64,000 bases of DNA from positions 558,001-622,000 of the forward strand of contig NIVC01000227.1 of assembly GCA_002269645.1 (NCBI GenBank), read 5' to 3'. The position numbers and the translations under genes were made by a program. Of the stretch, positions 24,901 through 37,315 are shown piece by piece (within the stretch, counting starts at the first letter, position 1; each line of letters starts with the position of its first letter). The notes beneath the pieces are model-generated. The model saw only the letters and a program-made list of their open reading frames with translations. It was not told the origin of the DNA and made no database searches. The stretch comes from Macrostomum lignano. Lineage: Eukaryota.

Positions 24901-27900
24901 ACCATGGTATGATGATCTTTAACTATGGTATGGTGATCCTTAACCATGGTTTGGTGATCCTTAACTATGGTATGGTGATCCTTAACCATGGTATGATGAT
25001 CTTTAACTATGGTATGGTGATCCTTAACCATGGTATGATGATCTTTAACCATGGTATGATGATCTTTAACCATGGTATGGTGATCCTTAACCATGGTATG
25101 GTGATCCTTAACCATGGTATGGTGATCCTTAACCATGGTATGATGATCTTTAACCATGGTATGGTGATCCTTAACCATGGTATGGTGATTCTTAACCATG
25201 GTATGATGATCCTTAACCATGGTTTGGTGATCCTTAACTATGGTATGGTGATCCTTAACCATGGTATGATGATCTTTAACTATGGTATGGTGATCCTTAA
25301 CCATGGTATGATGATCTTTAACCATGGTATGATGATCTTTAACCATGGTATGGTGATCCTTAACCATGGTATGGTGATTCTTAACCATGGTATGATGATC
25401 CTTAACCATGGTTTGGTGATCCTTAACTATGGTATGGTGATCCTTAACCATGGTATGATGATCTTTAACTATGGTATGGTGATCCTTAACCATGGTATGA
25501 TGATCTTTAACCATGGTATGATGATCTTTAACCATGGTATGGTGATCCTTAACCATGGTATGATGATCCTTAACCATGGTTTGGTGATCCTTAACTATGG
25601 TATGGTGATCCTTAACCATGGTATGGTGATTCTTAACCATGGTATGATGATCCTTAACCATGGTTTGGTGATCCTTAACTATGGTATGGTGATCCTTAAC
25701 CATGGTATGATGATCTTTAACCATGGTATGGTGATCCTTAACCATGGTATGATGATCTTTAACCATGGTATGATGATCTTTAACCATGGTATGGTGATCC
25801 TTAACCATGGTATGGTGATTCTTAACCATGGTATGATGATCCTTAACCATGGTTTGGTGATCCTTAACTATGGTATGGTGATCCTTAACCATGGTATGAT
25901 GATCTTTAACTATGGTATGGTGATCCTTAACCATGGTATGATGATCTTTAACCATGGTATGATGATCTTTAACCATGGTATGGTGATCCTTAACCATGGT
26001 ATGGTGATCCTTAACCATGGTATGATGATCTTTAACTATGGTATGGTGATCCTTAACCATGGTATGATGATCTTTAACCATAGTATGATGATCTTTAACC
26101 ATGGTATGGTGATCCTTAACCATGGTATGGTGATCCTTAACCATGGTATGGTGATCCTTAACCATGGTATGATGATCTTTAACCATGGTATGGTGATCCT
26201 TAACCATGGTATGGTGATTCTTAACCATTGTATGGTGATCCTTAACCATGGTATGATGATCTTTAACCATGGTATGATGATCTTTAACCATGGTATGATG
26301 ATCTTTAACTATGGTATGGTGATCCTTAACCATGGTTTGGTGATCCTTAACTATGGTATGGTGATCCTTAACCATGGTATGATGATCTTTAACTATGGTA
26401 TGGTGATCCTTAACCATGGTATGATGATCTTTAACCATGGTATGATGATTTTTAACCATGGTATGGTGATCCTTAACCATGGTATGATGATCTTTAACTA
26501 TGGTATGGTGATCCTTAACCATGGTATGATGATCTTTAACCATGGTATGGTGATCCTTAACCATGGTATGGTGATCCTTAACCATGGTATGGTGATCCTT
26601 AACCATGGTATAATGATCTTTAACCATGGTATGATGATCTTTAACTATGGTATGGTGATCCTTAACCATGGTATGGTGATCCTTTACTATGGTATGGTGA
26701 TCCTTAACCATGGTATGATGATCTTTAACCATGGTATGGTGATCCTTAACCATGGTATGGTGATCCTTAACCATGGTATGGTGATCCTTAACCATGGTAT
26801 GATGATCTTTAACCATGGTATGATGATCTTTAACCATGGTATGGTGATCCTTAACTATGGTATGGTGATCCTTAACCATGGTATGATGATCCTTAACCAT
26901 GGTATGATGATCCTTAACCATGGTATGATGATTCTTAACCATGGTATGATGATTCTTAACCATGGTATGGTGATCCTTAACCATGGTATGGTGATCCTTA
27001 ACCATGGTATGATGATACTTAACTATGGTATGATGATCCTTAACCATGGTATGATGATCCTTAACTATGGTATGATGATCCTTAACCATGGTATGATGAT
27101 CCTTAACTATGGTATGATGATCTTTAACTATGGTATGGTGATCCTTAACCATGGTATGGTGATCCTTAACTATGGTATGGTGATCCTTAACTATGGTATG
27201 GTGATCCTTAACCATGGTATGATGATCTTTAACTATGGTATGATGATCTTTAACCATGGTATGATGATCTTTAACCATGGTATGGTGATTCTTAACCATG
27301 GTATGATGATCTTTAACCATGGTATGATGATCCTTAACCATGGTATGATGATCCTTAACCATGGTATGATGATCCTTAACCATGGTATGATGATCCTTAA
27401 CCATGGTATGATGATCCTTAACTATGGTATGATGATCCTTAACCATGGTATGGTGATTCTTAACCATGGTATGATGATCCTTAACTATGGTATGGTGATC
27501 TTTAACCATGGTATGGTGATCCTTAACCATGGTATGGTGATCCTTAACCATGGTATGATGATCTTTAACTATGGTATGGTGATCCTTAACCATGGTTTGG
27601 TGATCCTTAACTATGGTATGGTGATCCTTAACCATGGTATGATGATCTTTAACCATGGTATGGTGATCCTTAACTATGGTATGATGATCTTTAACCATGG
27701 TATGATGATCTTTAACCATGGTATGATGATCTTTAACTATGGTATGGTGATCCTTAACCATGGTTTGGTGATCCTTAACTATGGTATGGTGATCCTTAAC
27801 CATGGTATGATGATCTTTAACTATGGTATGGTGATCCTTAACCATGGTATGATGATCTTTAACCATGGTATGATGATCTTTAACCATGGTATGGTGATCC

Positions 27901-28312
27901 TTAACCATGGTATGGTGATCCTTAACCATGGTATGGTGATCCTTAACCATGGTATGATGATCTTTAACCATGGTATGGTGATCCTTAACCATGGTATGGT
28001 GATTCTTAACCATGGTATGATGATCTTTAACTATGGTATGGTGATCCTTAACCATGGTATGGTGATCCTTAACTATGGTATGGTGATCCTTAACCATGGT
28101 ATGATGATCTTTAACCATGGTATGGTGATCCTTAACCATGGTATGGTGATCCTTAACCATGGTATGGTGATCCTTAACCATGGTATGATGATCTTTAACC
28201 ATGGTATGATGATCTTTAACCATGGTATGGTGATCCTTAACTATGGTATGGTGATCCTTAACCATGGTATGATGATCCTTAACCATGGTATGATGATCCT
28301 TAACCATGGTAT
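21905..28312. repeat. 21-bp satellite array 1 (CATGGTATGGTGATCCTTAAC), ~305 units
   Basis: Continuous 21-bp period with a small set of variant positions. Lies in intron 3 of copy B. Confidence 0.97.
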
Positions 28313-29831
28313 TGAGGCGGAAGGCCTTTTTGTTTCAATAGATGGAATGGCAGCGAAGAGTTTGTGCTGCTTTGCGCGTGTATTTATATGAGATTTACAA
28401 ACAACGCCAGATTGAGGGCCAAGGGAGGTGCGAAAAGGTGGCATGGCGTGATTGGCTACGCCAACCCCCCCGGCTTAGCGAGCCGGCTAGTTTGGCGCGT
28501 ACCCACCCCACCTCAGCTAGACAGAGGCGGGGGGGTTTCCAGTGCGGCTGCACTGGTGCTGCCGGTCGCGTAGTCTGGCCGCCACACAGCTCCCCCCAGC
28601 ACCGAGCTAGGCCCCGAACGTCGGGTGGTAGCCGAGGCAGCGAGAGCGCCGAGGAGCGGGCGCCGAAGGCGGCGGGGGCGCGAGGCGGGCGCCGAAGGCA
28701 GCAGAGCGCCGATGGCAGCAGGTCGCCGAGCGGGCGCCGATGGCAGCAGGTCGCCGAGCGGGCGCCGATGGCAGCAGGTCGCCGAGCGGGCGCCGATGGC
28801 AGCAGGTCGCCGAGCGGGCGCCGATGGCAGCAGGTCGCCGAGCGGTCGCCGGGCGGGCGCCGAAAGCAGCAGGGCGCCAGGCGGGCGCCGAAGGCAGCAG
28901 GGCGCCAGGCGGGCGCCGAAGGCAGCAGGGCGCCAGGCGGGCGCCGAAGGCAGCAGCAGGGCGCCAGGCGGGCGCCGAAGGCGGCAGGGGCGCGAGGCGG
29001 GCGCCGAAGGCAGCAGGGCGCCAGGCGGGCGCCGAAGGCAGCAGGGCGCCAGGCGGGCGCCGAAGGCAGCAGAACGCCAGGCGGGCGCCGAAGACAGCAG
29101 GGCGCCAGGCGGGCGCCGATAGCAGCAGGGCGCCAGGCGGGCGCCGATGGCAGCAGGGCGCCAGGTGGGCGCCGAAGGCAGCAGGGGCGCGCGGCCGTAC
29201 CACACCAGAGGCAATCGACAGTCAGTTGCCGCCGTGAGCCGGATCGATGCTCCTGCACAGAGGCTGGGGACGTTAGGCTAGCAGCAGCGGTGCTAACCTA
29301 GAAGTAGCTGCAGCGTGTGGCGCTGGTTGGTCCAACGCGGGGGCCGAAAGGCGAGACCCCAGGAGCTACCGGGGGCGGGCTGACTGGGCCGATTCGTGCT
29401 GCTGGGCTGCGGTGCTGCTGGGCTGCGGTGCTGCTGTGCTGCGGTGCTGCGGTGCTGCGGTGCTGCTGTTGCAGTCGGCCAAGGCGGTTGGCTGCCAGGA
29501 CCGCACAGGGCCGACCAGGTAGGCCCAGCGTTCCGCGCTGGGTGTCGGGCTCACCAATGAGGCGGAAGGCCTTTTTGTTTCAATAGATGGAATGGCAGCG
29601 AAGAGTTTGTGCTGCTTTGCGCGTGTATTTATATGAGATTTACAAACAACGCCAGATTGAGGGGCCAAGGGAGGTGCGAAAAGGTGGCATGGCGTGATTG
29701 GCTACGCCAACCCCCCCGGCTTAGCGAGCCGGCTAGTTTGGCGCGTACCCACCCCACCTCAGCTAGACAGAGGCGGGGGGTTTCCAGTGCGGCTGCACTG
29801 GTGCTGCCGGTCGCGTAGTCTGGCCGCCACA
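28313..29831 (-). mobile_element. Non-autonomous LTR retroelement (TRIM-like), copy 1
   Basis: 274-bp direct repeats at 28313-28586 and 29558-29831 with TG...CA ends and inverted termini (TGAGGCGG / CCGCCACA). 4-bp TSD GTAT at 28309-28312 and 29832-29835. On the minus strand: PBS TGGTGAGCCCGAC (29556-29544, 12/13 match to the canonical tRNA-Trp PBS TGGTGACCCCGAC), PPT GGGGGGAG before the 3' LTR, CCAAT and TATAAATA boxes in the LTR. The internal ~970 bp is GC-rich ~27-bp repeats with no gag/pol motif. Confidence 0.88.
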
Positions 29832-31599
29832 GTATGATGATTCTTAACCATGGTATGATGATTCTTAACCATGGTATGGTGATCCTTAACCATGGTATGG
29901 TGATCCTTAACCATGGTATGATGATCCTTAACTATGGTATGATGATCCTTAACCATGGTATGATGATCCTTAACTATGGTATGATGATCCTTAACCATGG
30001 TATGATGATCCTTAACCATGGTATGATGATCCTTAACTATGGTATGATGATCTTTAACTATGGTATGGTGATCCTTAACCATGGTATGATGATCTTTAAC
30101 CATGGTATGATGATCTTTAACCATGGTATGGTGATCCTTAACTATGGTATGGTGATCCTTAACCATGGTATGATGATCCTTAACCATGGTATGATGATCC
30201 TTAACCATGGTATGATGATTCTTAACCATGGTATGATGATTCTTAACCATGGTATGGTGATCCTTAACCATGGTATGGTGATCCTTAACCATGGTATGAT
30301 GATACTTAACTATGGTATGATGATCCTTAACCATGGTATGATGATCCTTAACTATGGTATGATGATCCTTAACCATGGTATGATGATCCTTAACTATGGT
30401 ATGATGATCTTTAACTATGGTATGGTGATCCTTAACCATGGTATGGTGATCCTTAACTATGGTATGGTGATCCTTAACTATGGTATGGTGATCCTTAACC
30501 ATGGTATGATGATCTTTAACTATGGTATGATGATCTTTAACCATGGTATGATGATCTTTAACCATGGTATGGTGATTCTTAACCATGGTATGATGATCTT
30601 TAACCATGGTATGATGATCCTTAACCATGGTATGATGATCCTTAACCATGGTATGATGATCCTTAACCATGGTATGATGATCCTTAACCATGGTATGATG
30701 ATCCTTAACTATGGTATGATGATCCTTAACCATGGTATGGTGATTCTTAACCATGGTATGATGATCCTTAACTATGGTATGGTGATCTTTAACCATGGTA
30801 TGGTGATCCTTAACCATGGTATGGTGATCCTTAACCATGGTATGATGATCTTTAACTATGGTATGGTGATCCTTAACCATGGTTTGGTGATCCTTAACTA
30901 TGGTATGGTGATCCTTAACCATGGTATGATGATCTTTAACCATGGTATGGTGATCCTTAACTATGGTATGATGATCTTTAACCATGGTATGATGATCTTT
31001 AACCATGGTATGATGATCTTTAACTATGGTATGGTGATCCTTAACCATGGTTTGGTGATCCTTAACTATGGTATGGTGATCCTTAACCATGGTATGATGA
31101 TCTTTAACTATGGTATGGTGATCCTTAACCATGGTATGATGATCTTTAACCATGGTATGATGATCTTTAACCATGGTATGGTGATCCTTAACCATGGTAT
31201 GGTGATCCTTAACCATGGTATGGTGATCCTTAACCATGGTATGATGATCTTTAACCATGGTATGGTGATCCTTAACCATGGTATGGTGATTCTTAACCAT
31301 GGTATGATGATCTTTAACTATGGTATGGTGATCCTTAACCATGGTATGGTGATCCTTAACTATGGTATGGTGATCCTTAACCATGGTATGATGATCTTTA
31401 ACCATGGTATGGTGATCCTTAACCATGGTATGGTGATCCTTAACCATGGTATGGTGATCCTTAACCATGGTATGATGATCTTTAACCATGGTATGATGAT
31501 CTTTAACCATGGTATGGTGATCCTTAACTATGGTATGGTGATCCTTAACCATGGTATGATGATCCTTAACCATGGTATGATGATCCTTAACCATGGTAT
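29832..31599. repeat. 21-bp satellite array 2
   Basis: Same unit, about 84 copies, between the two LTR elements. Confidence 0.97.
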
Positions 31600-33117
31600 T
31601 GAGGCGGAAGGCCTTTTTGTTTCAATAGATGGAATGGCAGCGAAGAGTTTGTGCTGCTTTGCGCGTGTATTTATATGAGATTTACAAACAACGCCAGATT
31701 GAGGGGCCAAGGGAGGTGCGAAAAGGTGGCATGGCGTGATTGGCTACGCCAACCCCCCCGGCTTAGCGAGCCGGCTAGTTTGGCGCGTACCCACCCCACC
31801 TCAGCTAGACAGAGGCGGGGGGTTTCCAGTGCGGCTGCACTGGTGCTGCCGGTCGCGTAGTCTGGCCGCCACACAGCTCCCCCAGCACCGAGCTAGGCCC
31901 CGAACGTCGGGTGGTAGCCGAGGCAGCGAGAGCGCCGAGGAGCGGGCGCCGAAGGCGGCGGGGGCGCGAGGCGGGCGCCGAAGGCAGCAGAGCGCCGATG
32001 GCAGCAGGTCGCCGAGCGGGCGCCGATGGCAGCAGGTCGCCGAGCGGGCGCCGATGGCAGCAGGTCGCCGAGCGGGCGCCGATGGCAGCAGGTCGCCGAG
32101 CGGGCGCCGATGGCAGCAGGTCGCCGAGCGGTCGCCGGGCGGGCGCCGAAAGCAGCAGGGCGCCAGGCGGGCGCCGAAGGCAGCAGGGCGCCAGGCGGGC
32201 GCCGAAGGCAGCAGGGCGCCAGGCGGGCGCCGAAGGCAGCAGCAGGGCGCCAGGCGGGCGCCGAAGGCGGCAGGGGCGCGAGGCGGGCGCCGAAGGCAGC
32301 AGGGCGCCAGGCGGGCGCCGAAGGCAGCAGGGCGCCAGGCGGGCGCCGAAGGCAGCAGAACGCCAGGCGGGCGCCGAAGACAGCAGGGCGCCAGGCGGGC
32401 GCCGATAGCAGCAGGGCGCCAGGCGGGCGCCGATGGCAGCAGGGCGCCAGGTGGGCGCCGAAGGCAGCAGGGGCGCGCGGCCGTACCACACCAGAGGCAA
32501 TCGACAGTCAGTTGCCGCCGTGAGCCGGATCGATGCTCCTGCACAGAGGCTGGGGACGTTAGGCTAGCAGCAGCGGTGCTAACCTAGAAGTAGCTGCAGC
32601 GTGTGGCGCTGGTTGGTCCAACGCGGGGGCCGAAAGGCGAGACCCCAGGAGCTACCGGGGGCGGGCTGACTGGGCCGATTCGTGCTGCTGGGCTGCGGTG
32701 CTGCTGGGCTGCGGTGCTGCTGTGCTGCGGTGCTGCGGTGCTGCGGTGCTGCTGTTGCAGTCGGCCAAGGCGGTTGGCTGCCAGGACCGCACAGGGCCGA
32801 CCAGGTAGGCCCAGCGTTCCGCGCTGGGTGTCGGGCTCACCAATGAGGCGGAAGGCCTTTTTGTTTCAATAGATGGAATGGCAGCGAAGAGTTTGTGCTG
32901 CTTTGCGCGTGTATTTATATGAGATTTACAAACAACGCCAGATTGAGGGGCCAAGGGAGGTGCGAAAAGGTGGCATGGCGTGATTGGCTACGCCAACCCC
33001 CCGGCTTAGCGAGCCGGCTAGTTTGGCGCGTACCCACCCCACCTCAGCTAGACAGAGGCGGGGGGGTTTCCAGTGCGGCTGCACTGGTGCTGCCGGTCGC
33101 GTAGTCTGGCCGCCACA
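31600..33117 (-). mobile_element. Non-autonomous LTR retroelement (TRIM-like), copy 2
   Basis: LTRs 31600-31873 and 32844-33117, TSD GTAT at 31596-31599 and 33118-33121. Near-identical to copy 1 apart from homopolymer length differences. Confidence 0.88.
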
Positions 33118-33640
33118 GTATGATGATTCTTAACCATGGTATGATGATTCTTAACCATGGTATGGTGATCCTTAACCATGGTATGGTGATCCTTAACCAT
33201 GGTATGATGATCCTTAACTATGGTATGATGATCCTTAACCATGGTATGATGATCCTTAACTATGGTATGATGATCCTTAACCATGGTATGATGATCCTTA
33301 ACCATGGTATGATGATCCTTAACTATGGTATGATGATCTTTAACTATGGTATGGTGATCCTTAACCATGGTATGATGATCTTTAACCATGGTATGATGAT
33401 CTTTAACCATGGTATGATGATCCTTAACCATGGTATGATGATCCTTAACCATGGTATGGTGATCTTTAACCATGGTATGATGATCCTTAACTATGGTATG
33501 ATGATCCTTAACTATGGTATGGTGATCCTTAACCATGGTATGATGATCCTTAACCATGGTATGATGATCCTTAACTATGGTATGGTGATCCTTAACCATG
33601 GTATGGTGATCCTTAACTATGGTATGGTGATCCTAACTAC
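33118..33640. repeat. 21-bp satellite array 3, degenerating at its right edge
   Basis: Same unit; decays after about 33640. Confidence 0.95.
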
Positions 33641-33748
33641 GGTTGAACGTAGATTGTGAACTACGGTATGGGGATTCTTAATTACGGTATGGGGGTTGTT
33701 AACTTCGGTAGATTTTTAACTATGGTATGGTCTTAACTACCGTATGGT

Positions 33749-33930
33749 AGGGAATTTAGCTACGGTATGGAAGGGAATTTAGCTACGGTATGGAAGGGAA
33801 TTTAGCTACGGTATGGAAGGGAATTTAGCTACGGTATGGAAGGGAATTTAGCTACGGTATGGAAGGGAATTTAGCTACGGTATGGAAGGGAATTTAGCTA
33901 CGGTATGGGAGGGAATTTAGCTACGGTATA
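33749..33930. repeat. 23-bp tandem repeat (AGGGAATTTAGCTACGGTATGGA), eight copies
   Basis: Eight units at 23-bp spacing. Confidence 0.9.
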
Positions 33931-34082
33931 GTGTTCTAAACTAAGGAAAGGGAATTCTAAAACCTCAGAATTGGGATTCTTGAACTTTTAGGTGCGAGGA
34001 TTTGGGACATCCAGACTCATAACTAATGGGCCAAGAGTCCTATAAAATCTCAAACTCGGAGTAACAATCCCACAATCCTCAC

Positions 34083-34509
34083 CGGATCCTTCACAACGGT
34101 GGGCCGCACAGTGCAGGGCAGCGAGGCCACCGGGGCGATGTCGCAGGTGATGTCGCCAATCAGTCGGACGGCCATCTCCGGCCGGCACATCTGCTCGATG
34201 GTGAGCAACGGGCCGCAGCGGTTGTCCCAGTACATGCCGTTGATCAGAATGTTGGCCTTGACCATGTAGGGCCAGGCGATGCTGTGGTAGCCGGTGGGTT
34301 GGCATAGTAGTCGGGACTCCAGCTGTTGTCCGGGCCAAGGCGGAACAGGTGGTCGGCGGGCAGCTGGGCGTACACGGGCGGATGATCGGCCGATGACCAG
34401 TCGCGGGCCAGCAGATCGGCTGGCGAGATCTTTTCGAAGCCGAGCAAATCCAGAATCTCTCTGCAGCCGGTGCCGACCCGACCGCTGCCGGTGAGGACAA
34501 CTCGCATGC
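34083..34509 (-). CDS. LKR/SDH-like copy B, exon 3, with 1-bp deletion at 34296-34298
   Basis: Acceptor TTCCGCAG|GC (phase 1, branch-like CTAAT upstream). GMRVVLTGSGRVGTGCREIL...DYYAN(P)TGYHSIAWPYMVKANILINGMYWD...GDITCDI...VKDP. Donor CCG|GTGAGG. One extra C in AAC CC(C) ACC restores the frame. Confidence 0.85.
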
Positions 34510-34739
34510 CTGCGGAATGGCGAGGTCGAGTATTAGCGATCATATAAAATACACTGGCAGTCTTAGCTCTTCCCCCAGTTGTTGATAAGCGCTAGATAAG
34601 CAAATCATTGTTTGTTTAGTAAAATCACTAAATGAAGATTGCAAATAGAAAACAATAAGAAAATTTTTTATCTAGCACAGATATCCAACTTTCAAGCATG
34701 AGATATCTGCTTTCCCACTTTGAATTGCCCCCCGCATTC

Positions 34740-36320
34740 TCAGCAACTCCCTCTATGACCCTTGGCGTCTCAGCAGTCCCTTTATGACCATTGAATCTTA
34801 GCAATTCCCTCTATGACCGTTAGCATCTCAGCAACTCCCTCTATGACCCTTGGCATCACAGCAATTCCCTCTATGACCCTTGGCATCTCAGCAATTCCTC
34901 TATGACCCTTGGCATCTCAGCAATTCCCCTATGACCCTTGGCGTCTAAGCAATTCCCTTTATGACCCTTGGCATCTCAGCAATTCCCCTATGACCCTTGG
35001 CGTCTAAGCAATTCCCTTTATGACCCTTGGCATCTCAGCAGTCCCTTTATGACCATTGAGATCTCAGCAATTCCCTCTATGACCCTTGGCATCTCAGCAG
35101 TCCCTTTATGACCATTGAGATCTCAGAAATTCCCTCTATGACCCTTGGCATCTCAGCAGTCCCTTTATGACCCTTGGCATCTCAGCAATTCTCTTTATGA
35201 CCCTTGGCATCTCAGCAGTCCCTTTATGACCATTGAGATCTCAGCAATTCCCTCTATGACCCTTGGCATCTCAGCAGTCCCTTTATGACCATTGAGATCT
35301 CAGCAATTCCCTCTATGACCCTTGGCATCTCAGCAGTCCCTCTATGACCCTTGGCATCTCAGCAGTCCCTTTATGACCCTTGGCATCTCAGCAATTCTCT
35401 TTATGACCCTTGGCATCTCAGCAGTCCCTTTATGACCATTGAGATCTCAGCAATTCCCTCTATGACCCTTGGCATCTCAGCAGTCCCTTTATGACCATTG
35501 AGATCTCAGCAATTCCCTCTATGACCCTTGGCATCTCAGCAGTCCCTCTATGACCCTTGGCATCTCAGCAGTCCCTTTATGACCCTTGGCATCTCAGCAA
35601 TTCTCTTTATGACCCTTGGCATCTCAGCAATTCTCTTTAAGACCATTGAGATCTCAGCAATTCCCTCTATGACCCTTGGCATCTCAGCAGTCCCTTTATG
35701 ACCATTGAGATCTCAGCAATTCCCTCTATGACCCTTGGCATCTCAGAAATTCCCTCTATGACCCTTGGCATCTCAGCAGTCCCTTTATGACCCTTGGCAT
35801 CTCAGCAATTCTCTTTATGACCCTTGGCATCTCAGCAGTCCCTTTATGACCATTGAGATCTCAGCAATTCCCTCTATGACCCTTGGCATCTCAGCAGTCC
35901 CTTTATGACCATTGAGATCTCAGCAATTCCCTCTATGACCCTTGGCATCTCAGCAGTCCCTCTATGACCCTTGGCATCTCAGCAGTCCCTTTATGACCAT
36001 TGAGATCTCAGCAATTCCCTCTATGACCCTTGGCATCTCAGCAGTCCCTTTATGACCCTTGGCATCTCAGCAATTCTCTTTATGACCATTGGCATTTCAG
36101 CAGTTACTTCTATGACCCATAATATCTAAAGAATTTCATCTATGACCCTTAAAATCTCAGCAATTCCCTTTATGAAACTTGGCATCTCATTGAATCCTCT
36201 TTATGACCCTTGGCATCTAAGGAACTCCCTATGACCCTTGGAATCTAAGGAATTCCATTTTATTACCTTTGATATCTAAGAAATCCCCTAATGACCCTTG
36301 GCATCTCAGGAATTCCTCAT
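34740..36320. repeat. 29/30-bp minisatellite (CTCAGCAATTCCCTCTATGACCCTTGGCAT) in intron 2 of copy B
   Basis: More than 50 units mixing 29- and 30-bp variants. Confidence 0.93.
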
Positions 36321-36583
36321 AGAGCATAACCTTTGGTGCGTTAAAGCCTAATTTTAGCGCTTAACACTACTCCTCAGTCTAACGTTTGTACACCTTTGTG
36401 TGTGTACCTGCGGACATATCCGTGTGCGTGCCCAGGCGTCAGGTGTCCAGGCTGGCTGCAGGTCGGCTGGCGACTGCCTTGATTTGCATCAAAGCCCCCT
36501 GACTAAGGTGGGGAAGAGACGAGAGAGCGAAAACAGTAATAATTAGACAGCTCTACTCAAATCAGAGGAGCCGCTATACTCAC

Positions 36584-36941
36584 CGCGCAGCAGTTCAATG
36601 GGCAGCTCCTCGCGGTAGCGCCTCTGCGCCGCCTCCCAGTCGGCGATTTTGCACAGGCGGAACAGATCAAAGCGGCCAGTCTTTTTACCCCAAGCCGCTA
36701 TGGTGTTGTGCGCCCCGACTATGCCGGCCCAGCGGCCGAAACCAATTAGGCGAACTTTGTTCTCGTCACGCATAAATTCCCAATCCATTAGGCGAATACC
36801 TTTGGCTAGGATTGCTCTAAGCAGCGTGCGATTTTGCGGCTGCCGCTTGGCTGTGTGCGAGAACATCACGTAGGTTGAGTTGTCCTTCAGCGACTCAATG
36901 GAAGCCGCCTTGACGCCCAGTAGCAAATCTACATTTTCAGC
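36584..36941 (-). CDS. LKR/SDH-like copy B, exon 2
   Basis: Acceptor TCGCAG|GCT (phase 0). AENVDLLLGVK...FSHTAKRQPQNR...GFGRWAGIVGAHN...ELLR. Donor CGC G|GTGAGT (phase 1), the same position and phase as intron 1 of copy A. Confidence 0.9.
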
Positions 36942-37315
36942 CTGCGATTTTTTAATATTTCAATTTTGTAACATTTTTGTTTGAAAGAATAAAATCATAG
37001 AAAAAATGCCTTTAGTTCTACTAACAGTACCTTCAACAAGTAGGTAATAAAAATTGTAGTTCAAACTTTTTTGATGCAAATTGAACATATTCTGCAACAA
37101 AAAAACTTCTGAACTGAACCGAAAAATATAAAATCTGTACAGATTCAAAGCTGAAAAATTAACTGCATACAATTATCCAGTATATAATCACTGCATTAAG
37201 TCCTAATATAATAGCAAGTTCCATCCGTAGCCTGAAATTACTATACAACTATATACTATACAACATTTTAGCAAATAAAGAAAAATATGGTCTCTATATA
37301 CAAGTATATACTTAC

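Noticed and set aside
21783-28391. 2202-aa and 2137-aa ORFs (ILNHGMV / VKDHHTM repeats), plus the 29759-31678 and 33048-33659 equivalents
   Set aside because: They are translations of a stop-free 21-bp satellite, open on both strands, lying in an intron and interrupted by an LTR element with a TSD. The His-rich look is incidental.
28342-29301. Overlapping Arg/Ala/Gly/Pro-rich ORFs in several frames (also 31736-32587)
   Set aside because: They come from the GC-rich repeat core of the LTR element; no gag, protease, RT or integrase motif.
21905-33640. Repeat-spacer appearance suggestive of a CRISPR array
   Set aside because: Units are contiguous with no unique spacers, there are no cas genes, and the context is eukaryotic.
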